This document shows positions 8,455-17,463 of a stretch of DNA of 32,597 nt, piece by piece; within the stretch, counting starts at the first letter, position 1; each line of letters opens with the position of its first letter. The DNA lies in contig JAUWKK010000002.1 in the NCBI GenBank assembly GCA_030614245.1, positions 1 through 32,597 of the forward strand, in the 5' to 3' direction. The notes beneath the pieces were generated by a model. It was not told the DNA's origin. It searched no databases and saw nothing but the letters and a program-made list of their open reading frames with translations. Origin of the DNA: Planctomycetota bacterium. GTDB taxonomy: Bacteria > Planctomycetota > PUPC01 > JABMSA01 > JAUWKK01. The position numbers and the translations under genes were made by a program.

Positions 8455-8557
8455 AGGAAAAATAAAAAACTTTCGCCCTTTTTTCGAAGTTTTTTTCGGC
8501 CCGGGATGCCCTGGATACCATATGTTGTATTCCAATTCCGCATGGCTACAAGAGCAG

Positions 8558-8592
8558 AAAAAAAGCCCGGGGCCGCTGGTGCAACCTCGGGC
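8558..8592 (-). terminator. intrinsic terminator ending the late operon
   Basis: GCCCGAGGTTGC-ACCA-GCGGCCCCGGGC followed by T7. Confidence 0.8.
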
Positions 8593-8668
8593 TGGGTGCG
8601 GGGATATAGGACCCGGCCATTGGGCCGGCCCTCACGGCATGGAGCCGAATTTAATCCCCATCAAATGC

Positions 8669-9163
8669 TCATGCTGTGCCGTTGCCGGCTTTGAGCTCCT
8701 TGATTTTGCCGTTCTTGCGGATATTGTCGGTGAACGTGCCCAGGCCGGCTCCGGCGCTCAATAACAGGAGCGCGGAGGTGACGAGGCCGCCGGGGTCGAT
8801 AGTGCCGGCCGCTGCGTCGGCGAGGGCGCCGCCGACGAACTTGACTATCGAGCCGCGAAACTCGTCCTGCCTGTCGAGGTGCGATCTGCCGGCCTCGATA
8901 TCCGCGTTCGCTGCTGCGATCTCGGTATTGAGCGTATCAATCTGGGCCTGCAACGCCACATTGCGGGCCGCGAAGCTCTGCTCGACGGATATGACCTGCC
9001 GCTCGAAGGCGGGCCGCGTGACGGCTTCCTGGGCGATGAGTCCCGTCGTCCTGGCCTGGCAGCCGACGAGCCAGGCGGTGGCGGCCAGGGCTAGCACCAG
9101 GCCGATCGCTAGATATCGGTTATAATCGATCCATTTCAATGCTCCGTGCAACACATCATTCAT
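8669..9163 (-). CDS. membrane lipoprotein, candidate unimolecular spanin/lysis protein
   Basis: Hydrophobic helix ending in lipobox LVGC, central coiled coil, C-terminal hydrophobic helix plus basic tail. Last gene of the late operon. Confidence 0.6.
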   Translation of the reverse strand: MNDVLHGALKWIDYNRYLAIGLVLALAATAWLVGCQARTTGLIAQEAVTRPAFERQVISVEQSFAARNVALQAQIDTLNTEIAAANADIEAGRSHLDRQDEFRGSIVKFVGGALADAAAGTIDPGGLVTSALLLLSAGAGLGTFTDNIRKNGKIKELKAGNGTA

Positions 9164-9356
9164 CAGCGTCTCCTCCTATTGGCCCCGGTGATTCTCGTAT
9201 TCGGCGGAGCGCTTCGGCGGGACCTATTCCGAGCACTCTGCATAACTCGACGAAACGCGGAGAATCTGCCAGCCGCCGAGCCTCGACTATGTCGCCGGCA
9301 GCGAGCGCCCTCTGGATTCTCCGCGTAATCTCTTCGGCTGCCTCTTGGTCGAACAT
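9156..9356 (-). CDS. hypothetical protein
   Basis: Fills the gap between GT and lipoprotein genes. Overlaps the GT 3' end by 70 nt. Confidence 0.45.
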   Translation of the reverse strand: MFDQEAAEEITRRIQRALAAGDIVEARRLADSPRFVELCRVLGIGPAEALRRIRESPGPIGGDADE

Positions 9357-9919
9357 TTTATCGGCGGCCCCCGCCAGCCGTCCCGGAATTCGTGGATTAT
9401 GTGTCCCCCGGCGGGCGCGAGATGCAGCGTCTCCGGGATGTTATGTTGGATAGCCCGCAACATCTTGGCTCCGTATCTCGCTATCCGGTGGTCGCCCGTC
9501 ATCTGTCCCGGCAATATGGCGTTGATCGTTTTCCAGGCCCCGCACTCGGGCGTCGCCGCCATGCACCACACGTCGGGATATTTCGTTCTGCCCCCCTGGA
9601 CGAGTAGCTCGGTGGTAATCGGATGCAACTCAGCCAACTTTGTGAGACAGAAAGGAAATTTCGGCCGCGTATCGCAGTGAAGCATCCAGCCTGCTGGAGC
9701 CTGCCGGAGGATGCTGTATTGGAGGAGTTCCGCCTGGTCCCCGATGCAGCCGGCGGCGTCGAACATCTCAAAGTATTCGGGCAGCAGCATAGACGCATCC
9801 CGGTGCAGGGAGATATCCCAGCCGAGGTGCGCCAGACGCCACCGTGCGATGTTGTCAGCGGCCCAGATCGGTATCTTCTCGCCGAGCCAGACGAAGTGGA
9901 TGTGTTTGGGGATTCCCAT
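9287..9919 (-). CDS. GT32/OCH1-like glycosyltransferase (DXD sugar-binding family), degenerate motifs
   Basis: IPKHIHFVWLG..IP......IARW...H.GW is the GT32 N-terminal signature. AELLQYSIL and GWMLHCD occupy the SDxxRY and GGIYxDxD positions. Confidence 0.7.
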   Translation of the reverse strand: MGIPKHIHFVWLGEKIPIWAADNIARWRLAHLGWDISLHRDASMLLPEYFEMFDAAGCIGDQAELLQYSILRQAPAGWMLHCDTRPKFPFCLTKLAELHPITTELLVQGGRTKYPDVWCMAATPECGAWKTINAILPGQMTGDHRIARYGAKMLRAIQHNIPETLHLAPAGGHIIHEFRDGWRGPPIKCSTKRQPKRLRGESRGRSLPAT

Positions 9920-12636
9920 CAGTTGACCCTCTGGATGAAGCCGAGCACCATGAACGGCATAGGATCGTCATAACCGGCACTGATAATATCGAGGTCGCCG
10001 CCGCTGCCGACGTCGTTATCATAATCAGGAAGGGTTTCGGTCGTGTCGTGTGCGACGACGAGTTTGCCATCCATGTTGATCGTACCCGTGCCGTCGCAGA
10101 CGTGCCAGCCGTCGGGTACTTCGTCGGGCGTGCCGTAAGTGTGGATAGCCCACATCTTGATCGTGCCGATCTTATCGTCGCCGAAATCATCGAGCGTCAC
10201 CAAGCGTCCGGTCTTGGATACGGTATATGGGACAACCATGCCGACGCGGATGTTCGGATCCTCGCTCGTGGGATGGTAGCAATAGACGGAGAATGCGTCA
10301 CCCGTTACGTCGCCGCCGTCCTCGCCGCAGAACTTGATCTTGACCTCGGCGATGCCGGCGACTTCGGTCTCCTTCCAGGCGACTTCCGCGTGCTCGTCGG
10401 CATAATGCTGACCCTTGCCGAATTGGATGCTCGATGCCGTAACCCCCGGCCACCGCACCGGCAGCATGCCGACGTGGCGGCGGAGTTCGACGAGATCGTT
10501 CTGCATCCCATGGACGGTGCGCGCGACTGCCCGCAGGTTGCTCATCCCGGGCACATCGGCCATCCGCACGGCATCGAGCTCCCAAAAGCTTGTCTGGTAA
10601 CTGCTCCGGCCATGCACGAAATCCCAGCTGATCGCGCTGATGGGCGTGCCGACGGTGGTGTGATTGGTTTCGTCGCCGATGGCCGTAACGATGGTGCCGA
10701 GGCGGAATCCGGGGCGCAGGTTGTTCAGTTGTATCTCGATGGCCGTGCGCTCCTGGCGATACCATTCCATTGCGAGCGCGGCGATCAACCGCAGCCGCGG
10801 GCCGTCGTCGCGGAGCGTGTTGTAGCCGCCGGCCCAGAACTCGCGGGCGCCCTCGGAGATACTGATGGTTGTCATTAGCGGGATATACCAGAGCTCGGCA
10901 TCGGGCACGTTCAATGTCAGGGTCCGGGGCCGCGCCAGTTCAGCAAAGTTCGGCACGCTCCGGATCACCTTCAGCCGCTCGTCGGTCTCGGCGAATACTG
11001 TTGCAATCATCTCCTTCCAGTCGAACGCCGGCTGAACTTTCGACGGCCCATCCACGGTGGGATCGAAGCTGTTGAGGCCCAGTACATGGCCGATGGCGGA
11101 CACGACCGAGAACGCCATCTCGCCATCGAGCATGCGCACGCGGGCCGGCGGCTTCTCGATGGCCTTGAGGCCCTCGACCTGATAATACTTGCCATCATCG
11201 GGGTTCACGACGATCACCAGGGGCATGAGAGCTTCCGGCTCCGTGTCGGCAGCACCCGGCCTCATCATAATGGGCAATGCGCGCAGCAGCGCCCTGTTTG
11301 CGTTCCAGTACTTGGCCGTGGTCTGGGAATCGACCCTGCCATCGTCTTTGACAGCCGGATGTGCTATGTAATAGTTGCTTTTGCCGCGACCGTTCCGCAC
11401 CATCCACCCAAAATCGCGGGGGATGCGGTAGACTTGATACACTCGAGACCTGGCATCCTCCTGGCGGAAGGCGTCATTCAGATCGGGATCGGTCCCCAGG
11501 GCGGCATTGTAATCGTTCTCCTCGGTGGCCGTCCAGCCGGCCTCGAGCGTCCCATCCGCGAATGAAACACTAAAACACGACTTGACCCTGGCCCCCTGAA
11601 CGACGATGCGGTCATACCGCGCGGAAGTGCTGTGCTTGATCAGAGCACGTTTCGTGTCCAGATGGTCGAACGATGGCGCCGCGTTTTGCCTGTTGCCCCG
11701 CATCGTCGTGCCGTCTACTGTGATGTCCTTCTCGAAGATGCCGAAAATGTGCAGCGTCACCTTGCCGGGTGTCGCCAATAGCGTGTCACCGTTCATGTCG
11801 CCGGGGGCATCGACGTACCAGCCGATGCCGCGATGCCGGGCGATCAGATGGTTGACGGCCTGCAAGACCGTAAAGCCCTCGAGCTTATGCAAGGTCACAA
11901 TATTATGGAGTAGCGCCGGCTGGCCGGCAATCTCGAATTTCAGGTCGTCCTCCGCCTCGCCCCATTGCTCCATGTGATAGTGCAGGAGGTACTCGAGGAT
12001 GTCCTCGTTGGTCCAGACGGCACCGCCCTCGGAGAACACGTGTGTACCGGCTTCCGTCGGGCTGGTCGATCGATTGCCGGATAAGCCCATGCCGTAACGC
12101 CGGCGCTCGTTGAAGATCGGCAGGTGCGCGATCTTATCCACCTCACTCGTTTTTGCGTTCCAAATGTGCCCGCCGCGTATGGTCACCAGGTCCAGCAGAT
12201 GCTCGAGGCCGTAGGCTATTATCGTCTGCCTGCCGGAGCGCACGGGCTCCTCGTCCAATGCCTCCGGATCATCGAAACTGCTATCGACGTCATACACGCG
12301 GTCCGTGATCACCCCCGTCCAGACCACGCTCGTACCGCGATCGTTCACGAGCACGATCTGAATGAACTGATCTTTGAGGTCGAGCGGCGGTTGGACTTTG
12401 AATGCAGGCGCGTCCTCACGGGTGTTCTCCCCGTACTCATACTGGAAGGCCGCCCGCGATACGCTTGGCCCGACGGATGATCGCGCCGATAAGGGCGTGA
12501 GATACGGCACAGCCTTCCACTTCGCATCCTTGTCGCTCCCGCCCCACAGCTTCTTGGTGCGGACGATGAATGAGTCGGTACCGTGTATTTCCGGCGCTGC
12601 CCCGTCCGGGATGATGTTGGGTTGCACTCTGGCCAT
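9919..12636 (-). CDS. large tail tip/hub protein with C-terminal tail-collar-like domain
   Basis: 905 aa at the end of the tail module. C-terminal IGTIKMWA...VPDGWHVCDG...PFMVLGFIQR collar-like motif. Confidence 0.75.
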   Translation of the reverse strand: MARVQPNIIPDGAAPEIHGTDSFIVRTKKLWGGSDKDAKWKAVPYLTPLSARSSVGPSVSRAAFQYEYGENTREDAPAFKVQPPLDLKDQFIQIVLVNDRGTSVVWTGVITDRVYDVDSSFDDPEALDEEPVRSGRQTIIAYGLEHLLDLVTIRGGHIWNAKTSEVDKIAHLPIFNERRRYGMGLSGNRSTSPTEAGTHVFSEGGAVWTNEDILEYLLHYHMEQWGEAEDDLKFEIAGQPALLHNIVTLHKLEGFTVLQAVNHLIARHRGIGWYVDAPGDMNGDTLLATPGKVTLHIFGIFEKDITVDGTTMRGNRQNAAPSFDHLDTKRALIKHSTSARYDRIVVQGARVKSCFSVSFADGTLEAGWTATEENDYNAALGTDPDLNDAFRQEDARSRVYQVYRIPRDFGWMVRNGRGKSNYYIAHPAVKDDGRVDSQTTAKYWNANRALLRALPIMMRPGAADTEPEALMPLVIVVNPDDGKYYQVEGLKAIEKPPARVRMLDGEMAFSVVSAIGHVLGLNSFDPTVDGPSKVQPAFDWKEMIATVFAETDERLKVIRSVPNFAELARPRTLTLNVPDAELWYIPLMTTISISEGAREFWAGGYNTLRDDGPRLRLIAALAMEWYRQERTAIEIQLNNLRPGFRLGTIVTAIGDETNHTTVGTPISAISWDFVHGRSSYQTSFWELDAVRMADVPGMSNLRAVARTVHGMQNDLVELRRHVGMLPVRWPGVTASSIQFGKGQHYADEHAEVAWKETEVAGIAEVKIKFCGEDGGDVTGDAFSVYCYHPTSEDPNIRVGMVVPYTVSKTGRLVTLDDFGDDKIGTIKMWAIHTYGTPDEVPDGWHVCDGTGTINMDGKLVVAHDTTETLPDYDNDVGSGGDLDIISAGYDDPMPFMVLGFIQRVN

Positions 12637-12646
12637 CTTTTGAGTC

Positions 12647-12802
12647 CTCAGACTTCAGACTTCAGGCTTCAGGTACGGATTTCGGTCGGTCTTTCTTACC
12701 CTGCAGCCTGTAGCCTGCAGCCTGTAGCCTTCTTCTCATGGATTTCGGTCGGTCTTTCTTACCCTGCAGCCTGTAGCCTGCAGCCTGTAGCCTTCTTCTC
12801 AT
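12647..12802. repeat. perfect 63-bp tandem duplication with heptamer arrays
   Basis: 12677-12739 = 12740-12802. Each copy holds (CTGYAGC)x4, with adjacent (YTCAGRY)x4 at 12647-12674. Confidence 0.95.
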
Positions 12803-13515
12803 TGGGCCTGCTCCATATCGATGCGGATGAAGATGCCGCCGTTAATCAGGTCGGGGCCATCGGTGTTGGCCGTAATTGTGTGGATGGTCGTGCCAATGCT
12901 GTCGATGTTCACCGGGCCGGCATCGACGCGCCGGGTTCGGACGAGTATTTTAATGACGGTCTCGTCATCTTCGGCGCCGGACAGCCAGTCGAGAATGGCG
13001 ATCCCGCCCCGGAATATCATCGCTTCCGTTTCCGGCTCGTCAACGCCGGGTTCCGGATCACCGCCGTCGTTGGTCAGATAGATCAACCAGGTATCGGCCG
13101 CGTTATCGCCGTCAGCCACGTTGGAGTACATGGCCTCGACGGCGGCCTTGCCGCCGGCCGCGGGCGCCACGGTAACAGCCTGCGGGTCCGAGGGCCTGAC
13201 GGCCACCTGGTCGCCGCCGGCGTCGATCTCGATAAGCGTTTCAGCGATGTTCTGGCTGAGCAAGTTATAGGCATGGCGTTTGCGGAGCACGAGGTGATAT
13301 GCGTGGTCTGCGGCCAAAGTCGCCGCGGTTTCGTGCGGCAGACCCGCGAAGGTCTCCAATGGTGCCCCGCTGAAATCCGGGCTCGCATCCGTGCCCTTGT
13401 ACAACTCATAGCGAGCCAGGGCATCGTTGGCGGCCCGGTAAAATCCGCCCACCGCACCCGATATGCTGCGAAGTGCCCCATATAATCCAGCCGATGTCCC
13501 GATGTAACTCGCCAT
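12799..13515 (-). CDS. tail structural protein (beta-rich, FnIII/Ig-like)
   Basis: Position in tail module, acidic Ala/Gly/Thr-rich composition. Confidence 0.65.
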   Translation of the reverse strand: MASYIGTSAGLYGALRSISGAVGGFYRAANDALARYELYKGTDASPDFSGAPLETFAGLPHETAATLAADHAYHLVLRKRHAYNLLSQNIAETLIEIDAGGDQVAVRPSDPQAVTVAPAAGGKAAVEAMYSNVADGDNAADTWLIYLTNDGGDPEPGVDEPETEAMIFRGGIAILDWLSGAEDDETVIKILVRTRRVDAGPVNIDSIGTTIHTITANTDGPDLINGGIFIRIDMEQAQ

Positions 13516-13585
13516 TTCAGCAACCAGTTCTTATTGCAGAATGCCTGACATGATCCCTGTCGACGCCCCGGTGCAGTTCGCCATT

Positions 13586-14620
13586 TCAAACATCAAACGA
13601 GAAGTTGATGGCGTTCTCGATAGCTGCCGATGCCACATAATCCGCCGGCGTCTCCCGCTCTATCCACAGGCCGTATATCTCGCCGGCCGCCAGCGTGCCG
13701 ATGCTGATGCCGTCGGCGGCGATGATGCCGGATGCCCAGTTTCCGACGCCTGGATCGACCTCGTCGGACGCGGTTTCATCCTCGAATACTCCGTCGGGCT
13801 GTGCGTCGGGCGCGTCCTTCGCGATTCGGATGCCGGGCACTGCATCGACGGTATCGTCGGCCTCGCCGGCTGCGGCTGTCGTGCCGAGCAGTTCGCGGCC
13901 CGTAGCCGCCACGGTGAGTACGATAGATGAGCGCGACGCATAATAGACGATTTCCCGTTCGGTGCCATCGGCCTCCTGGATGCGGCAATAGCCCGTCGTC
14001 GGCCAGTCGTCGAACGAGCCGGCCGCGATAGCTATCGTACCCGCGCCCGAGGCCTCAAGCTGCGCGGAGGCTGATACGCGCTGCGTGCCGAGCGTGTTGA
14101 GCCAGACCTTGAGCAGCGTAACATCGTTGGCCGCGTGGTCGTTTTTGAATGCAATGCACCGATATTTGGTGACGCCCGCGGAGGCCTCGGCGCTGCTGAT
14201 GTCGCCGGAACCGGGGACATTGTTCATCACATTCGCGAGCGCGACGGTCGCCGTACCCAACATAGGATCGGCGGACGTACGCTTCAGGCGCACATATTTG
14301 CCCGGCGTCTCGCTTTCGGCGATCTTGGTCTCTCCGTTGGCGATGGTTGCATATTGGCCGTTCGACTCATCGGGCGCGTACCAGAATACGGTATCGCCTC
14401 CCCCCTGAAGCGTGCCCGAGCCAACGCCGTTGGCGCCGCTGATGTAATCGATGGTCACGTTATCGATGGGATTCGTTACCGTCGCCCCGAGTTGCTCGAC
14501 CTCCGTGGATGACCGATATTTGCCGAGCGATTGGTCGGGATCGGTCTGCGCCCCACCATCAGAGTCGGCACCGGTCAAATACAGCCGCAATGCATCGCCA
14601 CGCGTTTTCTCGTCAGGCAT
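13586..14620 (-). CDS. tail structural protein
   Basis: GGAG SD before MPDEKTR. Contains GGAQTDPDQSLGKYRSS and ISSAEASAGVTKYRCIAFKN motifs seen in siphophage tail proteins. Confidence 0.7.
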   Translation of the reverse strand: MPDEKTRGDALRLYLTGADSDGGAQTDPDQSLGKYRSSTEVEQLGATVTNPIDNVTIDYISGANGVGSGTLQGGGDTVFWYAPDESNGQYATIANGETKIAESETPGKYVRLKRTSADPMLGTATVALANVMNNVPGSGDISSAEASAGVTKYRCIAFKNDHAANDVTLLKVWLNTLGTQRVSASAQLEASGAGTIAIAAGSFDDWPTTGYCRIQEADGTEREIVYYASRSSIVLTVAATGRELLGTTAAAGEADDTVDAVPGIRIAKDAPDAQPDGVFEDETASDEVDPGVGNWASGIIAADGISIGTLAAGEIYGLWIERETPADYVASAAIENAINFSFDV

Positions 14621-14621
14621 A

Positions 14622-15146
14622 TCAAGTCTCCGATATCGTAACCTTTGTCGTGCCGCTGTCGTAGGCGTAGGCCACATCCGGCGGATCGGGATGGCGAACC
14701 ATCAAGCTCGTCAGATTGATAGCGCCGCCCTCGTTGCCATCGATGCCCACAGGAACGATGCGGAACTGGTGCGAGGTCACGTCCGCCAGGAAACGCGTGC
14801 GCCAGGTAAAGAACCCCTCGCCGTGGTCTTGCACGCGCACGCGCTCTAGCCAGGCGGAGTTGTAATACTCATCGATGCGGTAGTAGTCGACGTCGGGACT
14901 GGGCCACCAGCCGAGAAGCAGCCGGCCGGGATAGGCCGCTGCTGGTTCGGCGGCGGCGGCGTCGAACACGTCGATAATCACCGCCGCGCCGGCCGCCATT
15001 GTGAATACGCCTTGTGTCAGTGCAGTCTTGTATGCGTAGACGCCGTCGATCCACACATAGAACGTGGGGTCGCCCAGGCCTGACGACCAGAGCACACGGA
15101 CGCTCCTCGCATCAATCTGCTGCACGGTTTCGATAGTCACGGTCAT
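14622..15146 (-). CDS. tail protein, FnIII-like
   Basis: W/Y-patterned beta strands (LLLGWWPS..DYYRI; HQFRIVPVGIDGNEG). ATGA overlap. Confidence 0.65.
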   Translation of the reverse strand: MTVTIETVQQIDARSVRVLWSSGLGDPTFYVWIDGVYAYKTALTQGVFTMAAGAAVIIDVFDAAAAEPAAAYPGRLLLGWWPSPDVDYYRIDEYYNSAWLERVRVQDHGEGFFTWRTRFLADVTSHQFRIVPVGIDGNEGGAINLTSLMVRHPDPPDVAYAYDSGTTKVTISET

Positions 15147-15496
15147 GTGTAGGTCTGGTCCTGCTGAATCGTTAGCGGGCCGGAAACGGGTGTAATGACA
15201 TGGCCCGAGGCCAGCGTGACCTCCAAATCCCAGTTGTAGTTTTTGCGGCCGACCGTCATCGCAGCCGTATCGGCCGCGGTTATCGTTACCGTTGCGATGT
15301 TGTCGGATGCGCCGCTGACGACAATCTCGCCGGCTGTCGACGTCTTCTGGAACGCGAGCGTATCGTCGGCCGCGAGGCGGACTGTGAACTTGATCGTCGC
15401 CGCCGATACATCGATGGCCGCACCATCACCATCGAGGATGGTAATCTTGGGGTTGCGGGAATCACCCCGCGGCCATTTCAGATGAATGAATTTCAC
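15143..15496 (-). CDS. BppU N-terminal-like baseplate/tail protein
   Basis: RGDS...I.I.D.DG.AIDVS.ATIKFTVR...TVTITAADT......YNWDLEV...G.V.T...G.LTI pattern. GTGA overlap start. Confidence 0.65.
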   Translation of the reverse strand: MKFIHLKWPRGDSRNPKITILDGDGAAIDVSAATIKFTVRLAADDTLAFQKTSTAGEIVVSGASDNIATVTITAADTAAMTVGRKNYNWDLEVTLASGHVITPVSGPLTIQQDQTYT

Positions 15497-15708
15497 GAAA
15501 TTAACCCCCAAAAGAAGGAAGCAATGGATTTCAGCAGCCGCCTTCTGGCCTTGAGCTCCGCGACGTCGATCCGGATCAGCGTGATTTCTTTACCTTGCTC
15601 GACGAGTACCACATCGTGCTTTTCCTGACCTCTTTCGAGGCGCTCGAGCGATTTCTCCACATGAAGGCGATGCTCGGACCAGCCGTCGCCATCGTCGTGT
15701 TGTTCCAT
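15493..15708 (-). CDS. small coiled-coil protein with C-terminal hydrophobic end (XhlA/holin-like)
   Basis: TAATG coupling. Coiled coil followed by IASFFWGLIS. Confidence 0.5.
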   Translation of the reverse strand: MEQHDDGDGWSEHRLHVEKSLERLERGQEKHDVVLVEQGKEITLIRIDVAELKARRRLLKSIASFFWGLIS

Positions 15709-16097
15709 TACTGCGCGTCCTCGGATAGCTGCAGCTGCCACGTCACGAATACGGCGTGCGTCATGTCGGCAGTGCCGCCCGCGGGCGTTGAAATCTTCCG
15801 GATCGCCGCCTGGGTGATCCTCAGGACGACAACGTTGTTCCAGGTGATATTGTGATCGTCGACGAGGACGACGAGTGTCCCTACCAAGTCGCGATAGCCC
15901 TCGATCAGCGTGTTAGCCGCGGCCGCCGAGGCCGCGCCCGACATCGTCCTGATCTCGAACCACTCGGCGCGCTTGCCGAGTTTCTTGAACGCACTGCCAT
16001 CCACGCCCGGGCGCGTGATATCCCGCAGCCGCTCCTCGAGCAGTCGGGGCGTGCCCGTCATTGTAATCATCGGGTTTCCGCCGACGGTTCTGGCCAT
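15708..16097 (-). CDS. distal tail-like protein
   Basis: Immediately after tape measure. RPGVDG...LG motif. Confidence 0.6.
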   Translation of the reverse strand: MARTVGGNPMITMTGTPRLLEERLRDITRPGVDGSAFKKLGKRAEWFEIRTMSGAASAAAANTLIEGYRDLVGTLVVLVDDHNITWNNVVVLRITQAAIRKISTPAGGTADMTHAVFVTWQLQLSEDAQ

Positions 16098-16098
16098 G

Positions 16099-17463
16099 TC
16101 ACTCGCTCTGGTTCCCTATTTTTGACGTGTGGACGTCGCCGCGGAGTGCCTTCGTATTGTCTTTGAGTGCCTCGATGTATTCAGGGGCTACGTCTATCGG
16201 TTTCTCCCTTGCACGCGGCCACGTTCGCGACTCTAATATTGGCCGCCCCCACTCGGGCCCCGCCCCGGCCCACTCTGCCGCCCCTAATAGCTGCTGCTCC
16301 ATCCATCTATCCCAAGGTGAGTGACCAAGGTCGCGGCCGCGCGTCGTAGCCCTGATACGAAATGTCTCCCATTCCATAGCACGTAAGGCCTCGCCGCTGG
16401 TCATCGCGGATACAGCCTCGCTGCCTCTCGCCCTCAGCAATCTCCGCATAGCCCCCACTCTCGGATGTGCCTCGGCCATCGCCTCCATTCTTGCAGCTTC
16501 CCCCGTGCCGGGCGTGGCCATGCCCCCCGCTATTACCCGCGCCACCCCCCCGCTGACATGTGCGATATTGACGGCGTACATGCCGAAGGCCCGGGCGGCT
16601 CTTTTCTCCCCTATATAGGTTTGCAACTCCTGCGCCGAAAGCCCCCGACCAAGGGTCTCCGTCAGGAATTCCATACCACGCCCCTCAAAACCCTTCGCGC
16701 TCCCGACGGTGAAAAGGGTGTTAAGGGCCGTGCCGGCTCGCTCCGGGCCCATCGAGCGCGATACTATCGCCACAAGTGTCTGCAATTGCGCGGGCGAAAT
16801 GCCGAGTTGGCTGGCCGTGGCAGCGGCTCGTGATGCGCCCATCAGCACCTCGGGGGCGCCCGCCTTTGTCGATAATTGCTGGGCGATCGCAGCCTGGTTG
16901 TATACTTGACGCGCTGTACCCGCCGCGGGCATGCTTGCCTGCAGCCCAGCGATAGACCGTGCTAGCTCGGGGATATCATCGACGATCCCCGCCATGCCCG
17001 CAAACATGCCTCGCGAGCGCTCCATGCCGCCACTGCGCAGCACATATTGGAGATTGGCCGCCTGCTCCGCGACCATCCCCTGCCGCATACTCTTGAACGC
17101 CTCGCTCTCCAACTTGCTGTATACCCTGGGATCGCCGCCGGCCATTTCCGCCATGCGGGCAAATGGGCGAAAGGCTTCCTTGACTAATTCCGCGCCCTTC
17201 TTGCGCTCCTCGTTCGCGCCGGCCATCGCCCTGGTCATTATGCCGATGGCTGCGGCTACGGACAGATACTGCAGCGCCATGCTTCCGAGCGCCTTGACCG
17301 CCTTGTCCGAAGAGCTCTCTACCTGCCGGATGTTCCTAGAGCCGCTGCGGACGCCTTTGGCAAACCCCTTGTCCATCCTCGCCGACGCCGCCGTCACATT
17401 CATGATTTTCATCACCGCCTTCGCGGTGTCGGCGTCCATGTGGAATACCACGTCCTTGGCCAT
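16099..17463 (-). CDS. tail tape measure protein
   Basis: 454 aa, Ala/Gly/Met-rich and helical. Follows the frameshifted chaperone, TAATG coupling. Confidence 0.8.
   Translation of the reverse strand: MAKDVVFHMDADTAKAVMKIMNVTAASARMDKGFAKGVRSGSRNIRQVESSSDKAVKALGSMALQYLSVAAAIGIMTRAMAGANEERKKGAELVKEAFRPFARMAEMAGGDPRVYSKLESEAFKSMRQGMVAEQAANLQYVLRSGGMERSRGMFAGMAGIVDDIPELARSIAGLQASMPAAGTARQVYNQAAIAQQLSTKAGAPEVLMGASRAAATASQLGISPAQLQTLVAIVSRSMGPERAGTALNTLFTVGSAKGFEGRGMEFLTETLGRGLSAQELQTYIGEKRAARAFGMYAVNIAHVSGGVARVIAGGMATPGTGEAARMEAMAEAHPRVGAMRRLLRARGSEAVSAMTSGEALRAMEWETFRIRATTRGRDLGHSPWDRWMEQQLLGAAEWAGAGPEWGRPILESRTWPRAREKPIDVAPEYIEALKDNTKALRGDVHTSKIGNQSE

Noticed and set aside
12677-12802. CRISPR or att site
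   Set aside because: Head-to-tail duplication with no spacer; no integrase in the window.
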